From positions 1 through 64,000 of the IMG/VR virus record IMGVR_UViG_3300029288_000101: a stretch of DNA of 64,000 nt. One strand, written 5' to 3'. Made by a program: the position numbers and the translations under genes. Positions 55,645 through 64,000 of the stretch are shown piece by piece (within the stretch, counting starts at the first letter, position 1; the number at the start of each line of letters is the position of its first letter). Below the pieces are notes generated by a model. The model had not been told where the DNA came from and did no database searches. It worked only from the letters and a program-made list of their open reading frames with translations. This stretch comes from a virus. Taxonomy: Duplodnaviria; Caudoviricetes.

Positions 55645-57348
55645 TCAAATATCTTCCAAAAATGTTAGTCCGACACCATAATTGATTTTCTTTGCTCCTA
55701 TTTTCGATAAATAAGTTGAACTACAAGCATCGTCATGAGTTCCCACACTTTCCAATCCTTTATCTGTAAAGGCAATGGAAGAAAATTCTGACAGCATCAA
55801 GTCTGTTTGGTCACAACTGTATTGGTCTCCACGAGGAAGATGTATTTTTCCTCGCTCAAAATCTAAACTTAATCCTGGCCAGCCTTCTTTTAAATCATTT
55901 TTTGCTTTTCCTGTTGTATGCGGAAAAATAGGCAGTCCAGCATTTTGACCTTCTTGAGTAAAAATCATTTGAAAAACATTTGCCTCTGCAACTATCACAT
56001 CTGGTGAGAAATTTGAATTTAAAGTTTTTAAAATTCCTATCTGTTCAGCATAAGAACGTCCTTTCTCTCGGTAAACATGCATTAAATACATATCATCTCC
56101 ATCAATTCCCCACGTTGTAAAAAATGAATAATCAGCTGCCACACTTGCACTAAGAGCAAAATCACAACCAATTACTACTTTATTAAACTTTCTAAAATAG
56201 CTTCCTCTGTTCTTAACTAATTTAGCTTCTCCCATTCCAATAAAGGAGCGTTTCAAAATATTGAAAGGGAAAATGGTGCTTGACTCTGAAATTGGACGAC
56301 ATAAAAGTTCTCGGGAAAAAATTAAATTCCCTTGTTCTTCTCTTTTTTCTAAAAGTAACTTTAATGGAAAACGGTTCTTCCAAAGTATTCTTCCATCAGG
56401 AAATATTGCTGGATATTCAAAAATCTTCCACCCTTTTTTCTGTTTTAAATCTCCATATAAATCTTTCTCATGAAAAGGTGTTCCAACTACAATCACTTGA
56501 CCTTCTGGAACGATAGCATTCATTATAACAGAATGAAAATAGTTTGTTGCCTTTCTGCGCTGAAGTTCTGAATAAATTACATTATCTTTTAAATAATCGT
56601 CAACAATAATATATCCTGGGTGTCGTCCTCGAAAACTACCGCCATAAGATTTAATTTTTAATTGAGCTCCATTTTTACACCGTATCGCTTCTTTTCCCCA
56701 AAAATCTTTATTTTCAGGAAAAAGTTTCTCTCTCAATATTGCACTCTCTTCTATAGAAGTTTTAACTATCTCTAAAAAATCTTTTGCTAATTCATTCTCA
56801 TTAGTTAATAAAAAACCCTTAGAACAATTAACTAATTCTTTTCTTGGTTTTCCAATAAAATCTCTTGCTGCTCGATATCTATACATTTTCCAGCAAGGTG
56901 TTGCATTACTAAAATAAAAAGATTTACCATGACCACGAGCAGCGAGTATTCCAACTTTGTCCCATTTCATTACTTCTTGACCCCATTCAAGATGGTGCCA
57001 ATTCAATTCAAAATCAGGTAACGTTGATAAAATAAAATAATTCAAGTTTTCAATGCGAAAAGTTTCTTCAACGCTATCTTGAAGTTTCTCTAAATAAAAT
57101 AAATTTGCATCTTTTATTAACCCTAATTTTCCATATAAGGTATTAAAGGATTCTTCTCTTAATATTTCAAACAGCTTTTCAACATCATTTTGGTTTCCAG
57201 AAAGCATTTGAGCTAATGCTGCATCAGAAAGGTTATCAACAATTTCTCCAGTTACACGATTCACTTCTCTCAATTGTCCTAAAGTAAGAAACTTTGCTTT
57301 ATGACTTTTGATAGGATTCAAAACCTCCAAACTATCTTTAATTCCCAT
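55645..57348 (-). CDS. terL: Terminase large subunit
   Basis: Walker A ARGHGKS, RG.HP..IIVDD, VGTP, GCD and HDD nuclease residues. Confidence 0.93.
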   Translation of the reverse strand: MGIKDSLEVLNPIKSHKAKFLTLGQLREVNRVTGEIVDNLSDAALAQMLSGNQNDVEKLFEILREESFNTLYGKLGLIKDANLFYLEKLQDSVEETFRIENLNYFILSTLPDFELNWHHLEWGQEVMKWDKVGILAARGHGKSFYFSNATPCWKMYRYRAARDFIGKPRKELVNCSKGFLLTNENELAKDFLEIVKTSIEESAILREKLFPENKDFWGKEAIRCKNGAQLKIKSYGGSFRGRHPGYIIVDDYLKDNVIYSELQRRKATNYFHSVIMNAIVPEGQVIVVGTPFHEKDLYGDLKQKKGWKIFEYPAIFPDGRILWKNRFPLKLLLEKREEQGNLIFSRELLCRPISESSTIFPFNILKRSFIGMGEAKLVKNRGSYFRKFNKVVIGCDFALSASVAADYSFFTTWGIDGDDMYLMHVYREKGRSYAEQIGILKTLNSNFSPDVIVAEANVFQMIFTQEGQNAGLPIFPHTTGKAKNDLKEGWPGLSLDFERGKIHLPRGDQYSCDQTDLMLSEFSSIAFTDKGLESVGTHDDACSSTYLSKIGAKKINYGVGLTFLEDI

Positions 57349-57406
57349 CCCAATTAATTAGTTTTTATTAAGAAATCCTTTACACTTCAATTTACTAATC
57401 CACCTA

Positions 57407-57898
57407 CTATTTAAAAAATATAATATATCCTGTCCATTTACCTCTAACATTACATACTGTAGGATTTGAAATTAATAAATCTACATGACTTCTTAAACTT
57501 TTTTTACTTGTTGTATGAAGTTTCCACTCTCCATTTAAATATGGTGCTTGCGGAATATGCAAAGTTATATTGTTTCCATAACCTATTAATTGCACAAGTT
57601 CTCTGCTTGCTCCACACCACCTTTGTGGATTTTTAGGATTAATTATGCTACCATCTGCACAAGTATAAGCTAATTTACCCTTTCCACATTGCTCTACAGT
57701 TGGATTAAATACAGTGACTGTCACTTTAATTGAGTCACAAACTGGTTTGGCTAATTCAATCTGTTTCAATCTTAATTCTTTTTTATTTAACGGTTTTATA
57801 CAAAAATATAAAACAATTATAAAAATACACCCAAGTATAAATGCAAATAATAGTATTCCTACATCTTTTGCTGTTACTTTTTTCATTAATTCTTTCAT
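57407..57898 (-). CDS. Membrane-anchored 3D-domain-like (cell-wall related) protein
   Basis: N-terminal transmembrane helix; VT.T.FN...QC, T.ADG, ASR.L, VDLL. Confidence 0.55.
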   Translation of the reverse strand: MKELMKKVTAKDVGILLFAFILGCIFIIVLYFCIKPLNKKELRLKQIELAKPVCDSIKVTVTVFNPTVEQCGKGKLAYTCADGSIINPKNPQRWCGASRELVQLIGYGNNITLHIPQAPYLNGEWKLHTTSKKSLRSHVDLLISNPTVCNVRGKWTGYIIFFK

Positions 57899-57921
57899 TG
57901 TTTTTATTTTTAAACTTTTAA

Positions 57922-58638
57922 TTAATTCTTTTCACTCTCTTGTGCCATATCATCGTTAGCACTGTCTCTAAGCGAATTTTTATATTCTTCTTGAGTTATA
58001 TTTTCCTCTTCTGTTTCAATTATTTGTTCTTCAGCTTTTTGTTGTTTTTCAACTGGAGCTTCTTCATTTTCTATTTTTAAATAACCTTCCACAACTTTTT
58101 GTTTTTCATTTTCTATTGATTTTTTCTCTACCTGTTCTAATCTCGCTTTTAATTCTTCAAATTCTTTCTCTATAGCGACACATTCTTTCTTTTTATTTAC
58201 CAATACCTCTGTTAGGTGAAACAATCTTGCTGCATCGTTTGGTATAAATTTAAACCAGCCTTCGCCACTCACTTTATCTTCCACCACCATTCCGAAAAGC
58301 TCTAACTGAATTAATAATAATTTTGCATCCGCATATTTCAAATCAAAGTTATTCACCAAATCCTTTATTCTGAATAGTGTTACTTTATATTCTTCAAATT
58401 TATTTCTCCAAATCTCAACATTTTTTATGTTTTCAGGATCGCTTTTAAATTTATTCTCATCAAACTTACCTTTTATTTTTAATACTTTAGCATGAATTGC
58501 TGATAGATTTGCATTATACATTTCTTCATCAAGAAAAACTATTTGTTTATCCGATGAAAATTGAGAAACTATTTGTTTCTGAATTTCAGGTTCAACTTTT
58601 TTCAAACCAATTACGACCACTTCTTTAGTTATTTCCAT
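57922..58638 (-). CDS. Hypothetical coiled-coil protein
   Basis: ORF with Glu/Lys-rich C-half. Confidence 0.55.
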   Translation of the reverse strand: MEITKEVVVIGLKKVEPEIQKQIVSQFSSDKQIVFLDEEMYNANLSAIHAKVLKIKGKFDENKFKSDPENIKNVEIWRNKFEEYKVTLFRIKDLVNNFDLKYADAKLLLIQLELFGMVVEDKVSGEGWFKFIPNDAARLFHLTEVLVNKKKECVAIEKEFEELKARLEQVEKKSIENEKQKVVEGYLKIENEEAPVEKQQKAEEQIIETEEENITQEEYKNSLRDSANDDMAQESEKN

Positions 58639-58863
58639 TTTATTTATTTTTAATTAAACATTAGAACTATCTTTGTTTTTTTATCCTATTAGCTTTTTGA
58701 AAAATTCTTTATCATTCTTATTATTCTGGTATATTAGTTTTATATTCAATAAAATTCCCCTTGCAATCATATATAATAACAACATAAAATTCAAATCTTT
58801 TTGTTAAAGTATTAACAAAAATAAAACTTTCTGAAATCATTTTCCCTTAACAATCATTAATTT

Positions 58864-59214
58864 TTATTTCGTATCTCCTCTTAAGATTTTTATAATCTTT
58901 TTAATTTCTTCAGGATTTACTTGATGCTCTTTTATCTTCCAAACTTCTGTACTAATCCTTATTGCCATATCTCTAAGAAATTCTTCCAACACAGCATCAT
59001 TAGTTCCATCATCGTCATCATCGTCTCCACTATCTATTTGTTCCCATGATAAAAACCTCCCTCCAGGAACATCAAAAGTAATTGTTCCAACAGTACCTAC
59101 TGTTGCTTCTCTTCTTGCTTCTAATTCTAAAGCATTCAATACTCTTATTGCAAGAGCTTCATTCTTCAGCTTCGCAATCAAGATTGTTAATGGTTGCCTA
59201 ACAATTCCTGCCAT
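58864..59214 (-). CDS. Hypothetical protein
   Basis: ORF with poly-Asp tract. Confidence 0.5.
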   Translation of the reverse strand: MAGIVRQPLTILIAKLKNEALAIRVLNALELEARREATVGTVGTITFDVPGGRFLSWEQIDSGDDDDDDGTNDAVLEEFLRDMAIRISTEVWKIKEHQVNPEEIKKIIKILRGDTK

Positions 59215-59249
59215 CTCTTAATTTTTATTTATGAATCTTTACCAATTTA

Positions 59250-59918
59250 TTAAAATTCAAAATGCTTTCTAAATTGTTCCACTTCACTGTTACCAGCTTC
59301 TTTCTCTTTTAAATCAACTGTTTTTATTTTTTTATCAGTTCTCAATAAGCCAACATAATATTCTAATAATTTTTTTGTCATTATTACATCTGCCATTGCC
59401 CTATGTGCTTCAGGAGCTTCAAAACCTAATTTCTCACTTAAATTTGATAATTTATGTTTCCCTGTTATGTTTTGTGCCATTGCTAATTCTAAGGTATCAA
59501 AGCATTTAATAAGATTATTACTTGAAGAAACATATTCATTTAAATTCTTTCCAACTCTCTTAAACAAATAATCTAAAAAAGAAATATCAAACCCAATGTT
59601 ATGTCCTACAATTAATGGAAAATATTTTCCACGGTCACCTTTTGGAGTTAATTGTTTAAATAAACTTATCAAGAGTCTCACAAGTTCTTCCGGCTCAATT
59701 CCTTTATTTATTTCTTTGAAAGTTATTCCTGTCTTCGCAAGTGCCTCAGGTGTGTAAATTAAATTATCGTAACCTTTTACAAAAGTTTCAAATCTGGTGA
59801 TTTCTTTAAAGGTCTCTACATCAACAGCTATAATTGCTATTTCTGTTATTGGATTCTCGGTTGCTAATAAACCACCTGTCTCAAGGTCTAAAATTACAAA
59901 AGCTCTTTTAAATTCCAT
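59250..59918 (-). CDS. DEDDh 3'-5' exonuclease (DnaQ-like)
   Basis: DLETGG, GHNI.FD..FL, DTL, AHRA.ADV. Confidence 0.9.
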   Translation of the reverse strand: MEFKRAFVILDLETGGLLATENPITEIAIIAVDVETFKEITRFETFVKGYDNLIYTPEALAKTGITFKEINKGIEPEELVRLLISLFKQLTPKGDRGKYFPLIVGHNIGFDISFLDYLFKRVGKNLNEYVSSSNNLIKCFDTLELAMAQNITGKHKLSNLSEKLGFEAPEAHRAMADVIMTKKLLEYYVGLLRTDKKIKTVDLKEKEAGNSEVEQFRKHFEF

Positions 59919-59924
59919 TTTAAT

Positions 59925-60317
59925 TTAATCTAAAACTTTTTCCCATTGTTTAGAAAAATGTTTCTTTCGTTTTTGTATTCCTATAACATATAAACCTTTG
60001 TTTAAAATAGTAGGTTTATGATCAGCTACCTCAGTCACTTGATTTTTATTCCAATATTCTTCATTTAAATTTTGTAACCTTGTATGGTTCAATGTAGCTC
60101 CATCACTACCTACTTTAACTAAGAAAGCTTCTGGTATATCAGGGCACTCCATCAGTTCATAATCACCACATAAAGCATGACAGTGACCACTCTTTTCTGA
60201 TTTTGCAAAAAAAGTTTTTGGTAAAACTTTTACACTCTTAGGTAATTCTTCAATCGAAAAAATTTCTACATCGCCTTGATGAGCTTGAAATTTTCCATTT
60301 AATTTTAATTTTTCCAT
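59925..60317 (-). CDS. QGDV-motif His-rich protein (usual partner of DUF6745 proteins)
   Basis: HQGDV, E.SGH.H, L.H, DH....L..G.Y....Q...V.D. Confidence 0.65.
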   Translation of the reverse strand: MEKLKLNGKFQAHQGDVEIFSIEELPKSVKVLPKTFFAKSEKSGHCHALCGDYELMECPDIPEAFLVKVGSDGATLNHTRLQNLNEEYWNKNQVTEVADHKPTILNKGLYVIGIQKRKKHFSKQWEKVLD

Positions 60318-60351
60318 TTTATTTTCTCCTTTATTAAATATTTAACTTTGT

Positions 60352-61521
60352 TTAATTTCTTAAATCCCAACAATAACTCAATTCTTTTGGGATAAAAGTT
60401 GGGCGATGATATTTTGCTGCATCAATAACACTATTAAAACTACTATCAGTAGGTATTAAATAATTTGTTCCTGTTGATGGACAAGTCATCTTCAACCAAG
60501 CTAATGCTGCTGGTGATTTTCCTTTTAAATCTTCTTCTCCTTCAAATAATTCTTTTGTTTTATATAAAATTAATGTTTCAGAGCCTGTTTTATGTTTTAT
60601 TATTTGCTTATCCACTTCTTCTGCTCCAAGTACAGATAACATACTACCCTCTCCTTTATTTGCTTCTATTATCTCATAAATACCTGCTTTTATATCCTCA
60701 TTTTGTTCATTTATAAAATCTTTTTTCGTTATTAAACCATTATTGCACTTTAAAAATACATCTGATGGAATATTTCGTCCATGAAGGAAATAATATTCAC
60801 ATTTAGTAGCTTCTGTTAAATATCCCCATTCTACTGCTATATTCCTTGTATTATGTAACCTGTTTTGTTCATCTCTATAAACTTTTTTAGGATATTTACA
60901 AACTACACAAACAGCTTCACTAAATATGGCTGAATAAATATTTGACTCTCTTTGCAGTTTAAAACATTCTTCAAAATCTTTTTCTATTGTTAAAGATAGT
61001 TTAAATTCCTCTTTTATAAATTTATACCAACTATAAAAGCAATCAGAATAAACGTTTAAAGTGAATAGGTATGAATTATTATAGTCTTCAAGCTGACTAT
61101 CAAGCTGACTATGAAGCTGACTATCAAGCTGATTATCAAGCTGATTATAAAGCTGATTATAAAGCTGACTATCAAGCTGACTATAAAGCTGACTATCAAG
61201 CTGTAGGATTTTTATTTCTTCATTTAAAGGTATTTCATTTTTAAAATTAAACAACAACTGTATTAATTGCCTTAATTCTTCATTGTTTTTTAAATAATTA
61301 AACAATAATTGCTGTTCCAGAATATTCTCTGCTACTATAATAGTAGGTTTCTTATATCCGCATTTTTCATAATTCCAATTAACTGCTGCTGCTGCTGATT
61401 CAATATTAAATTTCTCATATCTTTCACCATCAAACACACCTTCTAATGCTCGTTCAATATAAGAAGGTATTTTTGCTTGAATTTTAGGTGTAAAGTCTTC
61501 TAATGTTTTCATTTTAATCAA
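60352..61521 (-). CDS. DUF6745-like protein with internal tetrapeptide repeat
   Basis: (S/N)QL(D/Y/H) repeat; P.....D...RLH...A.EW..HG; CPSTG..Y. Confidence 0.7.
   Translation of the reverse strand: MIKMKTLEDFTPKIQAKIPSYIERALEGVFDGERYEKFNIESAAAAVNWNYEKCGYKKPTIIVAENILEQQLLFNYLKNNEELRQLIQLLFNFKNEIPLNEEIKILQLDSQLYSQLDSQLYNQLYNQLDNQLDSQLHSQLDSQLEDYNNSYLFTLNVYSDCFYSWYKFIKEEFKLSLTIEKDFEECFKLQRESNIYSAIFSEAVCVVCKYPKKVYRDEQNRLHNTRNIAVEWGYLTEATKCEYYFLHGRNIPSDVFLKCNNGLITKKDFINEQNEDIKAGIYEIIEANKGEGSMLSVLGAEEVDKQIIKHKTGSETLILYKTKELFEGEEDLKGKSPAALAWLKMTCPSTGTNYLIPTDSSFNSVIDAAKYHRPTFIPKELSYCWDLRN
61090..61203. repeat. 12-bp tandem repeat, 9.5 copies
   Basis: Units of aagctga(c/t)tat(c/a/g). Confidence 0.95.
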
Positions 61522-61783
61522 TTTTGATTATTTCTACTTCTAAACCTTTTAACTTTGACTTCAAAGAATTATATTTTTGGGCTCTTAATTTTTCTGTTGC
61601 AAAAGAAAAACACTCCTCTTCGCCTAAATAATAAATAATTAAAATATCAAAAGAAAATCCTGTTGGAAATTCTAAATTTTGAGAATCTTTTATTTTTATG
61701 TTTTTAATTAAGCGATAATCAATCAAAAAATCTTCAAATTCAATTAAAATCTTAACATATTTTTCTGTTTCTCCTTTATTCAT
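61514..61783 (-). CDS. Hypothetical protein
   Basis: Co-oriented ORF. Confidence 0.55.
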   Translation of the reverse strand: MNKGETEKYVKILIEFEDFLIDYRLIKNIKIKDSQNLEFPTGFSFDILIIYYLGEEECFSFATEKLRAQKYNSLKSKLKGLEVEIIKID

Positions 61784-61822
61784 TCAAAATATTTATTGTT
61801 AATTGTTTCTTTCTTTTAAAAA

Positions 61823-63106
61823 TTATTCCTCATCTAACTTAATAGGCTTTTTAAGTTTCAAATTTCTCTTTTTTGCTCCTCCCTTACCAATTGGTGCTAC
61901 CCATTCTTTCTTCTCTTTTTTTATTTCTTTTGTTGTAATAGCAGAATCTACCAAATTCTCTTTACTTTGAATGGCGAATTTTTCTGTTTCAATCTTCGCT
62001 TTTAATAATTTTCTAGGATCTGTCAAACCTTCCGTATATCTAACACGAGAACTTTCTCTTAATTCTCTTAAAATTTGTTCTTCTTCTGATTCTTTCTTCT
62101 CTACTTTTCCTCTTATATGGTCGAAGTCATAGGTTTCTGTCGTCGGATAAGAAACTCCTTCATAATCTTGTTCCTCACCTATTAATCCTAAATAATTCGC
62201 ATAGTAGCTTCTCGCTAATTCGCTTAAAACAAATAAAGGATCTACACCTAATTTTACAGCTACTCTGGAAAGAATAATTTGATTCAAATTCACTGTTTTA
62301 AATACTTCAAGTTGTAAATGTTGATTAACACGACTTTCAATTTGAATATCTAAATTTCCTGTAAAGGTAATTCTGTCTCCTTCTATTTCTTTTCTAATCT
62401 GCTCTATGTTTCCAATTAATGTTCGGTGTTCCATTACACCGAAATTCTTCTTATATTTCTCTTTCATTGATTGATAGAGCCATATAAGTTCTTCTAATCT
62501 TCCACGCTTTGTTCCTAAGCGTGTATCATCATGAGTGGATTTAAAAGTTTCTATTCGCTGAGTGATCTCTTCAATATGGTCTTTTCTCCAAGTTAATATT
62601 GTTCCATAAGTTAATGGCATCTTCCACTCTTCCACCACAATCTTATGTACTTCAGTGGCAGAAAACATACGACCAAATAAATCCAACAACTCTTCCATCT
62701 TAGAATCCAACGAACTGCCTTTCTTAAACCTTGATAAATTGTCATTAAATATTCCTTTTCCAAAGGCTTGCAAACAGAGGCAATTCAACCTACATCTTAA
62801 AGAATGAAAGGTTTTTCTTTTTGCTTCTAATTGCTTTTGTTCTTCTTCTGGAAGGTGCTCTATTCTCTTATGAAATCTACCTGGAAAGAGATTTAAGGTA
62901 ACTATTGCACCATCAGAGCACTCTACTTCTGACTTCTCGTGGAATATAGGATTAAGCCTTAATTTTTTGACTTTCTCGTATGCAATCTCATTTACAACAG
63001 GAGGATCTCCTTGCTGCTGTCGTAACAATTTGACTTCCTCGTTTAAAAGTCCTGCCTCTGAAATCTTTTTTGGCTTTTCAAACTGTTGTTTTTTTGGTTT
63101 TTCCAA
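61823..63106 (-). CDS. Hypothetical protein, possibly terminase small subunit-like
   Basis: Central helical K.GRLEEL..LY...IEQIRKE.EG segment; variant late motif at 63140-63148; start uncertain. Confidence 0.35.
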   Translation of the reverse strand: MEKPKKQQFEKPKKISEAGLLNEEVKLLRQQQGDPPVVNEIAYEKVKKLRLNPIFHEKSEVECSDGAIVTLNLFPGRFHKRIEHLPEEEQKQLEAKRKTFHSLRCRLNCLCLQAFGKGIFNDNLSRFKKGSSLDSKMEELLDLFGRMFSATEVHKIVVEEWKMPLTYGTILTWRKDHIEEITQRIETFKSTHDDTRLGTKRGRLEELIWLYQSMKEKYKKNFGVMEHRTLIGNIEQIRKEIEGDRITFTGNLDIQIESRVNQHLQLEVFKTVNLNQIILSRVAVKLGVDPLFVLSELARSYYANYLGLIGEEQDYEGVSYPTTETYDFDHIRGKVEKKESEEEQILRELRESSRVRYTEGLTDPRKLLKAKIETEKFAIQSKENLVDSAITTKEIKKEKKEWVAPIGKGGAKKRNLKLKKPIKLDEE

Positions 63107-63169
63107 TTTTACTTTTTGTTCTATAATTGTTTAACAATATAATAACTGAAATGACATATAAAGATAGCT

Positions 63170-63461
63170 CTAAAGAAGGTCACATTCAGCTTCAAATAAC
63201 AATAAGTTTTGTTCTTGCAATAGTTTAATTTTAATGTGTTCATAATTTAAAACATTTGAATCTTGATTAGTATCTTGTAGAATTTCTTCACTTTCCGATG
63301 AAAAGGGATCTGTTTTCTTAAATTTCATTAATTTTTGTAATTCTGTAAAGGGTATATCAGCCACTATTTTTATTGCTAATTCACGAAACAAAATATTCTT
63401 CTGTAATGGGTATATTCCTAAATAATTCAGGAGATACTTTCATACTAACTCTATTTTTCAT
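63170..63461 (-). CDS. Hypothetical protein, apparently frameshifted
   Basis: MKNRVSMKVSPELFRNIPITEEY joins LFRELAIK if one T is removed from the run at 63390-63393. Confidence 0.4.
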
Positions 63462-63481
63462 AAACTTATTTTTACCTATTA

Positions 63482-64000
63482 TTAAAATGTTTCATGTAAA
63501 AAGAATCGTTTTATTTTATAACAAATAGTAGGAGTTAGACCATTAAAATTATCTGTTTGAAAGAAGTGATTTTGTTGTCCTAATAACATATCTGAGTCGT
63601 CGTCTATTATTACATATTTATAAAAATCATAATAATTACAGCCAAATGTTTCCTTTGTTATATTTTCAACTAACCATTTATGGATTTCACATCCTCTGGT
63701 TCTACAATCACAAAAACCTGTTTTACTAATAATCTTAAACGTACCGCCACAATAATCAAAAATTTCCTGAAGTTGCTCAATTGTTTTTCCAGATCTCATT
63801 GAAGCAGACAAAACTACGACTGCGTTTGTTTCTTCACATAATTCATTAAACCAGCCTATTCTTTCTATATCAATTTGACTTTTATAATAATTTAAATCTA
63901 AAATATGTGAGTCTTTAATCTTCCCTCTGATATTGTGTAACTTTCTCAAATATTTCTTAACAACTTTATACAGCGGAACACCATCAAATCTATTTAAATG
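63482..64000 (-). CDS. HAD Swiss-Army-Knife RNA-repair-like protein (5' end outside window)
   Basis: VVLSAS.R, RG.EI..WL, YVIIDD.SDM, GLT; frame is open to the window edge. Confidence 0.8.
   Translation of the reverse strand, partial: HLNRFDGVPLYKVVKKYLRKLHNIRGKIKDSHILDLNYYKSQIDIERIGWFNELCEETNAVVVLSASMRSGKTIEQLQEIFDYCGGTFKIISKTGFCDCRTRGCEIHKWLVENITKETFGCNYYDFYKYVIIDDDSDMLLGQQNHFFQTDNFNGLTPTICYKIKRFFLHETF

Noticed and set aside
1421-60716. All plus-strand ORFs in the track (e.g. 21300-21689, 25370-25909, 42915-43169, 43316-43573) and nested minus ORF 20710-20925
   Set aside because: They are Phe/Leu/Ser-rich shadows of Lys/Glu-rich minus-strand genes, or overlap RNA elements; none has recognisable motifs
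61090-61203. Tandem repeat as a CRISPR array
   Set aside because: Contiguous 12-bp units with no spacers, in frame within a CDS; no cas genes in the window
1-64000. Genome-wide TAG recoding (genetic code 15)
   Set aside because: Long genes are intact under code 11 and several end in TAG; only one internal TAG was found

Overview
This is a 64-kb segment of a large, AT-rich contractile-tailed phage genome, with essentially all real genes on the minus strand. The gene order resembles Herelleviridae/SPO1-Twort. A Bacteroidota-type host is suggested by a TAnnTTTG promoter and a Q-rule signal peptide. Reading in transcription direction: nucleic-acid/accessory genes and terminase large subunit (64.0-55.6 kb); a ~9-kb glycan biosynthesis locus (55.6-46.8 kb); a Shine-Dalgarno-led early block with DNA ligase; a tRNA-like element and a structured RNA leader; a 5-gene probable DNA hypermodification operon (42.9-38.0 kb); then portal, head, neck, sheath/tube, tape measure, baseplate and a tail-fibre-like gene. 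The structural module carries six free-standing HNH/GIY-YIG homing endonucleases and one intein. The most striking feature is a family of large Lys/Glu-rich head-region proteins whose domains are separated by a recurring [ILFVM]-x-K-[AS] motif that also occurs in the capsid, portal and protease/scaffold. The 1374-aa member strings together topoisomerase IB, a histidine phosphatase, DUF6496-like, DUF5661-like, SH3-like and winged-helix domains. I infer a prohead-protease-processed, capsid-packaged cargo polyprotein system, whose leader one HNH endonuclease appears to have captured. A CAGTTATAA motif is a candidate late promoter. All family assignments are from motif recognition by eye; no database searches were run.
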